Shown in pieces: positions 1 to 11,020 of a stretch of DNA of 64,000 bases. The stretch lies in contig NC_042998.1 in assembly GCF_006345805.1 (NCBI RefSeq), positions 159,712,001 to 159,776,000 on the forward strand, given 5' to 3'. This DNA comes from Octopus sinensis. Its lineage: Eukaryota. Both the position numbers and the translations under genes were made by a program. Position 1 is the stretch's first letter. Each line of letters opens with the position of its first letter. A model generated the notes under the pieces. It did no database searches. It was given only the letters and a program-made list of their open reading frames with translations, and was not told where the DNA came from.

Positions 1-216
1 TAACTTTGGACTGACAAAAGCCTTGGGAGTGGATTTGGTTCATGGAAATTGAAAGAAGTCTGTCATATATATGATAGCACATTGTTACATGTACAGTGAG
101 AGCTAGCACTGACCTTCATGAGGCAGTGTGCCAAGTGACATCACTGAGTTTATTTCACAAATTGTGAAATTTGTGCTTTTGTGATCATGTGTATGCTGTA
201 GTCAGCAATTCTTGTC

Positions 217-963
217 ATGGACAGGAAGTTAGAACAAAGAGCCAACATGAAATTTTGCATTAAACTTAGGAAGTCTGTTAGAGAAAAATTGAGCATGCTT
301 CAGTAAACTTAGAGTTATGTGGCACTGAGTCAGATGCAATGTTTGAAGTGGCACAGGTGCTTCAAAAGTGGAAGAACATCCCAGGAAGACAATGAGCAAT
401 TTGGAAGATGGAAGAAGATGGGTGATCTGGAAGACTTGCCACAAGCATCACCTCCAGAAGTGTGGAGAAAATTCATCAGTTTGTGTACGAAGATTGTTGG
501 AGGACAATCAATGATGTTTTGAAGCATTTGAGGGAGAACATTTGGCGAAAGCAACTGGATCTGTGTAGTGCAAAGAATTGGATATTACAACATAACATCC
601 TGTCACAAGGCACTGCTCACTCATGAGTGTCTCACCAAAAACAACATGGTATCACTTCTGCACCTGCCCTATTTGCCAGATTTAGCACCTGTGGACTTCC
701 ATCTCTTCCCCAAGAGGAAAATGCAGCTCAAAAGTCACCGTTTTATCACTGTTGTTGAGATTCAGAGTGAATCACAGAAGGTTCTCAACTCACTTACAGA
801 AAACAACTTCCATGCCAGATTCCAAAAGTGGTAGGAATGCTAGGACTCGGGTATTGCTGTACAAAGTAACTATTTCAAAGGAGATGATGTTAAAACTTTG
901 GTAAATAAGTTTTTTTTTTTATTAAACATAACTAGTCTGGGAGCCTTCTGATAGCACCTCATA
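217..963 (+). mobile_element. Internally deleted, disabled mariner (Tc1/mariner) transposon
   Basis: ATG at 217 reads MDRKLEQRANMKFCIKL (mariner N-terminal EQRxxIKFC motif). ORF 568-834 has HLPYLPDLAPVDFHLFPK, matching the HPPYSPDLAPxDF motif. Stops and frameshifts present. TIR-like end ctgatagcacctcata at about 948-963; left TIR not found. Confidence 0.85.
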
Positions 964-1170
964 TCTGTGTGTGTGTCTTTGTCTCTATGTTTGTCCCCCA
1001 GTCACCACTTGACAACTAGTGTTGGTGATGTGTTCAGCAAAAGAGAATAATAGAATAAGTGCTAGGATTAAAAAATAAGTTCTGGGGTTGATTTGTTCAA
1101 CTAAAATCCTTCAAGGCAGTTCTCCAGCATGGCTGCAGTCAAATGATTGAAACAAGTAAAAGAATAAAAG
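962..1170 (+). repeat. 3' part of the abundant SINE family (tail ...cagcatggc(t/c)gcagtcaaatgactgaaacaagtaaaag)
   Basis: Same tail recurs at about 29.7, 34.6, 41.8, 48.6, 51.3, 51.5 and 59.4 kb. Confidence 0.75.
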
Positions 1171-1754
1171 AACTAAAGTAACAGGAATGTTACAACTACA
1201 TAATGAAGATTGGCTATAGGTAATGTTTCAATTGAATTGGTACATGTTTACTATAATAAAAGTATAGACAGGCAAACAACTGGTATCAGGTCAGATTATG
1301 AAATTTACATATTTAAACATTGACAAACATTAAGGTATAATTAAATGTTCCAGGTATTACAAGACCACAAGAAATCAATAAAAGATCAGTAGAGAAATGT
1401 TTATAGTGATTGTGGTATATGTTGGTAAGTCCAAATTATTTTTATTAGATAGTAGGTAAAGATGGCCATCATAGGTAGAATCAAAAGTTGGGTGAGAAGG
1501 TGTACAAGTAGTCCCTTACAGCTGTTTCAAGAATAGATGCACAGGTGGTGCATTTCACTGCAAGCAGTCAGCTGCCAACATTTTAGTGGCAATCTATTCC
1601 ATCTTCAGAGGAAGAGGTAGTGATAAAATAGATTTCCACTAAAATGGTAGAATGTGACTTCTATATTAATGTTTTGTCAATGTTTCATATATAATTGCCG
1701 CAATTCTACCTCATTTCAGTTGTTTGCTTGTTTATATCTTTATTCTATTATATA

Positions 1755-2500
1755 TCATCATCTTCATTTAATGTCCACTTTCCATGCTGGCATGGGTTGT
1801 AGGGTTTGATATGGAGCTGGTTACAAGGGAGCTGTCCAGACTTCAATTGTCTGTTGTGGTATGGTTTCTAAAGCTGGATGCACTTCCTAATGCAACCACT
1901 TTAAAAAGTGTGCTGAGCAATTTTTATGTGCCACTGGTACAGCTGTGTTTATGGAGCACTAGCACAGGTGCTTTTTAAGTGGCTCTGGCACCTGAAAGGA
2001 CAAGCCTGTATGTGTGAAAGAAAGCGATTTTACTTAGCTTGATGTATCTTATCAAGTACAACAAATCACCTCATTTTCTGGTCCCTTGTCCTTTCTCAGT
2101 GAGTCCCAGCATCCAAAGCTCTTTTCCCACCAATTCACCCCATATCTTCCTGGGTTTACTCTTTCCACAGGTACCCTCCACAATTAGAACTTGGTACTTC
2201 TTTAAGCAGCTGACCTCATCCATATGCATCACATGACCAAACCAGCACAGTCTTCTCTCTTGCATACATCTGATATGCCTCTTATACACAGTTTTCCTCT
2301 TAAATCATTTACACTCTGCGGTGTATGCACACTGTCATTACCCACCCAGTGGAGCATGCTAGCTTCATTTCTTTTAAGCCTTTGCAAGTCCTCTCTAGTC
2401 AAAGCCCAAGTTTCGCTGCCATGTAACATAGCTGTACATACATAAGCATCATATAACATATAATCTGCCTTTCACTCTGAGGAGAGGCCCTTAATTACCA
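1755..2500 (-). mobile_element. RTE LINE 3' fragment (RT C-terminus + 3' UTR, (TGA)n tail)
   Basis: Minus ORFs LYDAYVCTAMLHGSETWA and QERRLCWFGHVMHMDE match the C-terminus of the RTE ORF at 55378-57114; (CAT)n tail at about 1755. Confidence 0.85.
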
Positions 2501-2574
2501 ATATATGTGTTGAGTTAAAATATATATATATATTAACTCGACTCCGTCAGTCACAAATGACAACGGGTGCACCT

Positions 2575-2887
2575 AAGAGGTTCCTCTTCAGGGTATAGGT
2601 CTGAGTAGAAAGTCGACTCAATGGTGAATGCACAACCTGGGGTTGTTTTTATGGAAGACCAGCAGTCACCCATGCATACCAGCCTCCACTCTCCATGCCA
2701 AGGGAAAGGCAAAGGCTAATACAGCTTGGCACCAGTGACATCGCAACTCATTTCTACAGATGAGTGAACTAGAATAATATGAAATAAAGTGTCTTGCTCA
2801 AGAACACAACACACAGCCCGGTCCAAGAATCAAACTCAAAACCTCACAATTGTAAGCTTGATGCTCTAACCACTGAGCTATGTGCTT

Positions 2888-2891
<4 letters not shown>
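2575..2891 (-). repeat. tRNA-derived SINE (same family as 53704-54045)
   Basis: Minus-strand head gcacatagctcagtggttagagc (A box) followed by tgtgttcttgagcaagacactt; aligns with the copy at 53.7-54.0 kb. Confidence 0.75.
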
Positions 2892-2936
<45 letters not shown>

Positions 2937-2938
<2 letters not shown>

Positions 2939-3297
2939 TTGTCTGTCTCCTGTCAGAGCTTGGTCCTCTGCATTTGCCAACTCACCTCATTTAGGCTTAA
3001 CAGCCATTCCTGTTTGTTTTCGCTGTCCTGCTTTTGTTACCAACTTTGACCTTCTGCAAAATCCCAAATTTTATTTAATTTGCTTTTCGAGAGCAACTGT
3101 TTTGTCGAAGACATATCTTGTCATGAATTGCTCAAAACACAGAGTAGGAAAAAAACGACAACTGATGAAGGGTGGTATTTTTATGTTGCTTGTCTCGTTT
3201 TCCATTTGTTTCTTTCGTTGTTCACAAAAAAGTCTGAATTCCATGTTTTCATATTTCGTATTTCTTGTTATTTATGTTCTGTGATGTCCTGTACCCA
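2937..3297 (+). mobile_element. Possible Penelope-like 3' UTR remnant
   Basis: Lies between (TA)n tracts; pyrimidine-rich; contains CTGATGA about 130 nt before its end; terminus gtcctgtacccatata resembles the terminus of the Penelope UTR at 5.1 and 6.4 kb. No ORF support. Confidence 0.35.
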
Positions 3298-3410
3298 TAT
3301 ATGCATATGTATATACATATATATGTAAGTATGTACATATATGCATGTATATATGCATGCATATATATATATATATATATTATTTATATTATATATATGT
3401 ATGTATGTAG

Positions 3411-3442
<32 letters not shown>

Positions 3443-3741
3443 ATTTATATGTATATTAAAAATTATTGCCAGCATTTAGGCTGTAATTTTTCATTGCTTT
3501 ATAAATACATGTTCTTCTAGCATAATTGCATTTCATCTTATAACTCTACATTACACTTTTCATTATTGATGTTGGAGCTTCTGTCATGTTGTATGTCTTG
3601 CCAACATTCTTCCCACATACATGCCATATGTATACTTATGCATATACACTATAGGAATATATGATACATTTTTTTTATATATCCAACTATTGTAAAACAT
3701 GCTATATTAAAGATAACATGTTCACACAAGTGTGTGTGTAT

Positions 3742-5080
3742 CAGTGGCATGCAATTGAGACATGCTAGTCATGCACTGCATGTCTGTTGATTTTTATATA
3801 ACTCAAAAATCAATTTAAGAAGGTAATGTATTTATAACCACATTGAAAAGTTGTCCAAATCATTGGAAACTGAGCTAAAATAGTTACTTTGTTTCAAAGG
3901 AAACCCATCCAGATTGGTACTTCACTGTTTCCATTTTGCTTCGACTAGGCATGCTTAAAGAAGTCCTCCCCCGCTTCCTACCTTTCAATAACAATGATTT
4001 CAGTCCTGCAAGATTCTTTTTTATCTCAGTAAAATAACTATGGAAGGCATGCTTTCAGAAAAACACATGTTTTGGCTACCCCTCCCTTTCTATCAGTTCT
4101 TCCTTATCGACAATTCTTTGTAATTGATGTCTCTAACGCGAATGGGTTTGACTTTTTGACCCATAAAAATTCTGACCAAAACATATCAACAATCCCATAA
4201 TTCTTAATTAGTCAGCTCAAATGTTGCCGTGACTTTGGAATATCTATTTCGCTCTGTCATAAGTTTTGAAATTATTATCATTAACCATCTTCTCTGTACT
4301 GAATAAAAAAAATTCTGAAATCAGAAATATAGTATAGCAAATTAACCTTTCATTGATTTATTAAAATTATCTTTCCATTTTGTTGAAACTGATTTACAAT
4401 TCACAATTGCAGTAATATGAGGTATACTGTGACAAAGTGAAATTAAAGTGTTCATTGTTTTTATTTTTGAGGCTTATTTTTTTTTACAACTGAAAGTGTT
4501 TTTTTTTCTACAAAATGAAAATTGAAAGTTACAAAAATATGAGAGCAGAAATAACAACCAAATCTCCAACAAAGTCTTTTTTGCAACTGAAAGTATTTTA
4601 TCTACAAAATGAAACTTGAAAGTTACAAAAAATATGTGTACAGAAATAAGTCAAACGTCCAATAAACTCTTTTTTACAACTTTGTCACAGTATACCTCAT
4701 TTTACTGCGGGATATTTCTCTGAAAGAAATCGTTGCAGAAAGGTGAGTAGATTGATTACATATTTCTTTCATTATTTTATCACACTTTTTTCACCCAACA
4801 AATTCCTGTGAGATTTGGCTGTTGTTTCTAGCATGTGGATAGCCTGCTTGAAGGCCGTAGAATCAGGAGAGGAGGGGGATTGAGGCAAATTCTTTTTTTT
4901 TTTGCAAAATTGAAATTTTACAAACAATTTTTTTTCCGAACTGGAATCTGCATTGCTGAAAATGTGGGTTTCCATAAAAAAAATTTTTTTTAAGGATGGG
5001 GGAGGGCGAGGTTATGTCTCCGCCATGTGTGCCAAGAATTTTATTGCATGACCAAGCTCAGAAGTCACCGCACACCACTG
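3742..5080. mobile_element. Non-autonomous hAT-type DNA transposon (1339 bp)
   Basis: Left end cagtggcatgca (3742); right end cgcacaccactg (5069-5080, reverse complement cagtggtgtgcg). Identical 8-bp flanks gtgtgtat at 3734-3741 and 5081-5088; 8-bp TSDs are typical of hAT. Caveat: the flanks are simple sequence. Confidence 0.7.
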
Positions 5081-5085
5081 GTGTG

Positions 5086-5116
<31 letters not shown>

Positions 5117-5120
<4 letters not shown>

Positions 5121-6387
5121 AAGGGTGAAAAGGAACACACGAGTTGATATATATGAAAAAACAAGTCAAAAATAGAAAATGCTAAAATAATTTTATAGTG
5201 AACATTTCAGTACCGGTTTCGGTCATTTTGAGACCTTTTCAACTGTAACGATTAAATAATTAAATTTAGAAAAATTAGAAGAAAAGTTTTTTTAAAAGAA
5301 TATTTCTATAGTAGTGTTCAGATTTAAGTGGCATTCTGCCTTTCTCTGACTCCCTAGTTTGCACTTGTGTGTCGGAGGTCGTTGTGAGTTCTTGGAAGGG
5401 TAGTAGAGGAAGAAGGCTGGTGGGGAAAGGGGGATGGGAGAATCTGGGAGTGCCCTGATGGTTGTATTTTGAATGGTCAGTGGCGGCTGGCAGTCTCAGT
5501 TCAATTCAGGAGAATATTTATATTGACAGGCTTGTTTATAGAATTAGCGTAGGTTTATAGAATTAGCGTAGGTGTTATACTAAAAAACATTATTGACAAA
5601 GTTAAGGGGTAGGGGTGGAGAAGTAGAAGAAGAAGAAGAAGAAGGAGAAGGAGAAGGAGAAGATGACGATGATGGTGGTGGTGGTGATGATTATGACGAC
5701 GATGATGATGATAATGATGATGATGAAGAAGAAGGAGGAGAAGGAGAAGATGGTGGTGATGATGGTGGTGATGATGATGACGACGATGATGATGATAATG
5801 ATGATGATGAAGAAGAAGAGGAAGAAGAAGAAGAAGAAAAAAAACAGAGAAGGGGGAATATGAATGGGTGTAAGTATAGCTATGAAGGGGCTGATTAGTA
5901 ATGGATTCTATGGAGTGTAATATTTGTGTGTGTATATATATTTTTTTCTTTTATTCTAAAGTTGAGGTATATTAATTGTTTGTCGTAGACCCGTTTAGAA
6001 GTGGCTTGTATTTTGTAATAAAGAGATTTTCTTTACTTATTCGTTGTCTCGAGGTTGTATCGTCCCTAAATTGGTAGAGGGGGAAAATTCTGAAGTTTGG
6101 TGTTTTTTTGTTGGCGCAAGTATCTATGTGTTGGCTAAAAGCTATTTTTCTGTTTTGGGGAATTTTTATCTGGGATCTGTGCAGGGCCATTCGTTTACGC
6201 AAACCATTTTTTTTTTGGCCTATGTACTGCTTGACACCCGGAGCAGGTTAGTGAGTATATTAGGTTCTCCGAAGCACATGTGAAGTTGCTTTTCACTGTA
6301 AACCGTTGTCCCTGCTTGAAGGAGAACTGATCCCTCAATTAGATAGTCGCATATCCCGCAATTGGGTCTTCCACATTTTTTTACTGT
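5117..6387 (-). mobile_element. Penelope-like element copy B (5'-truncated: GIY-YIG fragment + 3' UTR/pLTR)
   Basis: Colinear with 6425-7659. Starts at TVKKCGRP and has two 2-bp deletions that frameshift the endonuclease; (TA)n on both sides. Confidence 0.9.
5208..5245 (-). ncRNA. Minimal type I hammerhead ribozyme (copy B)
   Basis: Minus strand CAG UUGAAAA GGUC UCAAAAU GACC GAAA CCG GUA CUG: stem I CAG/CUG, U3-A8 core variant, stem II GGUC/GACC, GAAA, palindromic stem III ACCGGU, GUA cleavage triplet. Confidence 0.7.
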
Positions 6388-6388
6388 A

Positions 6389-6428
<40 letters not shown>

Positions 6429-6514
6429 AAGGGTGAAAAGGAACACACGAGTTGATATATATGAAAAAACAAGTCAAAATAGAAAATGCTAAAATAATTT
6501 TATAAAGAACATTT

Positions 6515-6552
6515 CAGTACCGGTTTCGGTCATTTTGAGACCTTTTCAACTG
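6515..6552 (-). ncRNA. Minimal type I hammerhead ribozyme (copy A)
   Basis: Same 38-nt sequence as 5208-5245, in the 3' UTR on the sense strand of the Penelope ORF. Confidence 0.72.
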
Positions 6553-7239
6553 TAACGATTAAATAATTAATTTTAGAAAAATTAAAAGAAAAGTTTTTTT
6601 AAAGGAATATTTGTATAGTGTTCAAATATAAGTGGCATTCTGCCTTTCTCTGTCTCCCTTGTTTGCACTTGTGTGTTCCAGGCGGTTGTGAATTCTTGGT
6701 AGGGTAGAAGAAGAAGAAGGTTGATGAGGAGAGGGGGTGGAAAAATTTGGGAGTGCCTTGATGGTCGTATTTTGAATGGTCAGTGGCGGCTAGCAGTTGC
6801 AGTTCAATTCAGGAGAATATTTCTATTGAAAGGTTTGTTTATGGAATTTGCGTAGGTGTTATACTAAAAAGCATTAGTGATAAAGTTAAGAGGTAGAAGG
6901 TGGAGACGAGAAGAAGAAGAGAAGAGAAGAAGAAGATGACGATGTTGATGATGATGATGATGATGAAGAAGAAGAAGAAGGAGAAGGAGAAGAAGATGAT
7001 GATGATGATGGTGATGATGATGACGACGATGATGATGATAATGATGATGATGAAGAAGAAGAGGAAGAAGAAGAAAAAAAAAGAGAAGGGAGAATATGAA
7101 TGGGTGAAAGTAGTGAGGTGTTGTATGACTTGAAGTTGGCACGTTATGGATTATAGCTGTGATTGGGGCTGATTTGTAATGGATTCTTTGGAATGTAATA
7201 TTTGTGTGTGTATTTCTTCTATTCTAAAGTTGAGGTATA

Positions 7240-8694
7240 TTAATCGTTTGTCGTAGACCCGTTAAGAAGTGGCCTGTATTTTGTAATAAAGAGAGTTTCT
7301 TTACTTATTCGTTGTCTCGAGGTTGTATCGTCCCTAAATTGGTAGAGGGGGAAAATCCTGAAGCCTGGTGTTTTGTTGTTGGCGCAAGTATCTATGTGTT
7401 GGCTGAAAGCTATTTTTCTGTTTTGGGGAATTTTTATCTGGGATTTGTGCAGGGACATTCTTTTACGCAAACTATTTTTTGTTTGGCCTATGTACTGCTC
7501 TTGACACCCGGAGCAGGTTAGTAAGTATATTAGGTTCTCTGAAGCACATGTGAAGTTGCTTTTCACTGTAAACCGTTGTCCCTGTTTGAAGGAGAACTCT
7601 GATCCCTCAATTAGATAATCGCATATCCCGCAATTGGGTCTTCCACATTTTTTTACTGTCGGCTTCTGTGTTGAAGAGTGTATTCGGGCTTGCGTTAGGA
7701 GACTTTTCATAGATTTAGGCTGTCTCTTGCTTTTTATGATCGTGTGTGTTTGGAGGATTGTGTTCATTCTGTGGTCTTTTTTTAGGAGGGGTATGTTGTG
7801 GAGGATGGTGCCGAAGGCTTCATTATTGAGAGGGTTGTTTGTGGAGATGTATGGTAAGGCTTTTGGTCGTAAGTTTTTCTTTGATTTGGGATGTCTCAGT
7901 TCTTTGATGTTAAGTTGAAGGGCACGTTGAATGCACATGTCAATAAATGAAGGTGGGTAGTTCCTGGTGATAAGGGTATCTTTTAGTTCTTGTAGTCGTG
8001 TGTCTCTGGTGTTTGCATTAGAAACTATAGTGCATATCCTTTTTGCTAGATTGAAGGGTATATTCATCCTGGTGTGTCTGGGGTGGCATGAATTGAATGG
8101 AAGATATTGCTTAGAATCTATAGGCTTATAATATATGTCTGTTTCTATTACATTATTAGCTTTCTTAATGAGGATATCAAGGAAGGGGAGTTGTTGCTGG
8201 CTATATTCCATCGTGAATTGGATGTTTACGTCCAGTCCGTTTAAAATTTCTTGGAATTCTATGAGTTTTTCTATATTTTTATGCCAAAGAATGAAACAGT
8301 CATCTAGATATCTCTTCCAGTTGTTTTCTATGTAGATGGAGAAAGGGCTGCCATATCTTTCTAGAACCTTACGATACAGACTGATCGCTAGATATCCTAT
8401 GACTAGGTTGGCAAAGGAGGGGGCCATTCGTGTACCCATCGCAGTCCCCAATTTTTGTCGGTAGAAGTTGTCTTTGAAGGCAAAGAAGTTATTTTCCAGG
8501 ATGAATTTAACCCCTTCTATCACGAATTCTTTTTTGATGCGATGTGGTAGTTCGTTGGCGTGATTCTCTAGCCAGAATTGGATTGCCTCTAGTCCTAGGT
8601 TGTGGGGTATATTGGAGTAGAGGTTGACTACATCGAAGGATACCAGTATGGTGTTTTTGTTTATAGTATTCGGTAGGTGATTGAGCATATCCAA
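7240..8694 (-). CDS. Penelope-type reverse transcriptase + C-terminal GIY-YIG endonuclease (N-truncated, 484 aa open)
   Basis: SFDVVNLYSNIP, GTAMGTRMAPSFANL, RYLDDCF, LPFLDI, YYKP (Penelope RT); CxxxxCxxC linker; LIYLLTCSGCQEQYIGQT (GIY-YIG). Confidence 0.95.
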   Translation of the reverse strand: MDMLNHLPNTINKNTILVSFDVVNLYSNIPHNLGLEAIQFWLENHANELPHRIKKEFVIEGVKFILENNFFAFKDNFYRQKLGTAMGTRMAPSFANLVIGYLAISLYRKVLERYGSPFSIYIENNWKRYLDDCFILWHKNIEKLIEFQEILNGLDVNIQFTMEYSQQQLPFLDILIKKANNVIETDIYYKPIDSKQYLPFNSCHPRHTRMNIPFNLAKRICTIVSNANTRDTRLQELKDTLITRNYPPSFIDMCIQRALQLNIKELRHPKSKKNLRPKALPYISTNNPLNNEAFGTILHNIPLLKKDHRMNTILQTHTIIKSKRQPKSMKSLLTQARIHSSTQKPTVKKCGRPNCGICDYLIEGSEFSFKQGQRFTVKSNFTCASENLIYLLTCSGCQEQYIGQTKNSLRKRMSLHKSQIKIPQNRKIAFSQHIDTCANNKTPGFRIFPLYQFRDDTTSRQRISKETLFITKYRPLLNGSTTND

Positions 8695-8755
8695 GTCGTC
8701 CCTTATATAGCTTTTGACATGTTTGAGGAGTGGTTTTAACAGGGTGTCATATATG

Positions 8756-8790
<35 letters not shown>

Positions 8791-8804
8791 GTATATGTAT
8801 ATAT

Positions 8805-10569
8805 ACTAGCATTATGACCCGTTGTTGCCGGGTCATAGTGCTAGTGCATGTATATATGTGTATATATATGTGTACATATTACATATACATCTATATATAC
8901 ACATCTACACATAAAATACAAAATACAAAGTTATATCTTGATATCGCTAGTGATAACAATACTCAAAATATATAACAGACTGGAATTGTAGGCCCGTCTC
9001 TTGCAATTTCGATCAATTGTATCTTGTCCTCCCTCTTGTATAGAAGTGTGGCTACAATCCAGCCTACCTCTACTTCTGGGGGGACATTTTAAATTTTTAT
9101 CCGGGACGTCCTACGTCCCAGATATAAAGGTAAAACTAAAATATTTCCACTTTGCAAGGTTCGAGTCGAGTACTCCCTTGCACACTCTGTTGACTCGAAC
9201 CTTGCTTCTATTGTGGAAAATTTACCGCATCTGGTTAGATATCTTTCATAGTCGCACCAAGACACTTTTCGAAGGTGCTTTCCTCCAGGTGTTCAAATCT
9301 TTTTTTCTCTACATTGTATACTTTATAGACAATAGCCTTTTCTTTAATTTAATTTTTTATTTCGTTTGGTGGTGTTATCCTAGATTCACCGTCTTTGTCG
9401 GTGATCAATCTGAAATAGGTTTGTATTTCTTCCATTTTAATTTTAATGACTTTGCGCCCGCCGATGCCTGCAGCGAAATTCATTTTTGGACTTTCTTCTA
9501 TCGAAGGCATTCTAACAAAAATGCTTCCGTATAAACAGTGAAAATATTGTCAATTTCCCCAAACAGGGACACAATTCAATTTTTAAACAATAACCAAAGC
9601 TCCTTCTCCCAAAGGGGGAGGGTTACAGTTTATAATTATTTAACAAATGCAACACAACAACGTTTCCCTTGCTAGGAACCAAGAAACGTGATAACAATAG
9701 TTAAACAGTAATAATAATAACAAACTTTACGGTGAATCAAAAAGCAGTACACAGTTGAAGCTATAGTCCTTTATGTATAAGAAATAAACCAACAGCAGTA
9801 CTCAGTAGAAGCGGCTGTTCGAGAAAACAGACATTACATACAGCCAAACTTCATATAGATACTTAATGCTAGCTAATTAGCAGATAATCTAGTGTAAAAG
9901 TCATGGTAAACGGTATGTGCACAGCTCCATCTGGACTATTCCATTTCTGCACACTAATTTTATTTTTAATTTATTCCCATTCTTGTGAAACCACTTATTC
10001 AAGTCCAAGTCATTGATGCAATTTTATACCAATTGTTATTTTTACTTTTGTTATGTTACGATTATATTATACTTTAGTTTGATTTTAATTATTACTTACT
10101 ACATATAATTCAATTGTTATTATTATCTCTAATTTTTATTGTTAAAGTGAAAGTATCTGACATAAAATAGAGAAATGTTTTTGTTTCACTTTTAACACGT
10201 AAATACTGAAATAGTGGAGAAGATATGATATTGCTATGGGCTCGCCCTAGGCAAGAAGTTGAACATTTTTTTTTTTTGCCCATGAAACTACATGGACCCT
10301 AAGTAAGGCATGTGCAAAATTTGAATGACATTGGTTGTGTAGTTCTCAAGTTTTAGGGAATCATAAAGGAGAAGATATGATATTGCTGTGAGCTCGCCCT
10401 AGGCAAAAAGTTAAAGATTTTTTTTTGCCGATGACACTCCCCAGACCCTAAGTAAGGCATGTGTAAAATTTGAATGAAATTGGTTGTGTAGTTCTCGAGT
10501 TTTAGGGAAACACACACACACACAGACAGACAGACAGACAGACACATTCTCAGTTTTATATATATAGAT
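8805..10569. mobile_element. Non-autonomous Helitron/Helentron (HINE/DINE-1-like) element
   Basis: Terminal 17-bp hairpin actagcattatgacccg/cgggtcatagtgctagt. Duplicated ~140-bp subterminal block (about 10225-10350 and 10370-10510). (GACA)n, then ttttatatatatagat end, an architecture I associate with DINE-1-like elements. Confidence 0.55.
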
Positions 10570-10595
10570 ATATATATATTTATACATATATATTT

Positions 10596-10681
<86 letters not shown>

Positions 10682-10744
10682 TTATATGTACATATATAAT
10701 TATACTCTACACTTTATACTGAGTGTTATTTTTCTGTTTAAGAT

Positions 10745-10821
<77 letters not shown>

Positions 10822-10979
10822 CATACATACATCTGCATAAGCATTTATCTATCCATCTCTGGGGTGGGTGATAACATGTGGATTTAACAAGTCGTACAGT
10901 ATTTCTCTATCAATTTCATTTCTTTTAATATCTTATGCCAAAAGTTAACTGCATTTGCAAGATTAGTGCACTTGTTCAA

Positions 10980-11020
<41 letters not shown>

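Larger units (their letters stand above)
6425..8749 (-). mobile_element. Penelope-like retroelement copy A (5'-truncated)
   Basis: RT + GIY-YIG ORF (continues upstream in frame as DTLLKPLLKHVKSYIRDDLD). About 800-bp 3' UTR containing a (CTT)/(CAT) SSR block and a hammerhead; flanked by (TA)n. Confidence 0.95.

Noticed and set aside
5593-5898. 101-aa poly-Glu/Asp ORF and overlapping poly-Met/Lys ORFs (also 6864-7142)
   Set aside because: Translations of the (GAA)/(GAT) SSR block in the Penelope 3' UTR, not genes.
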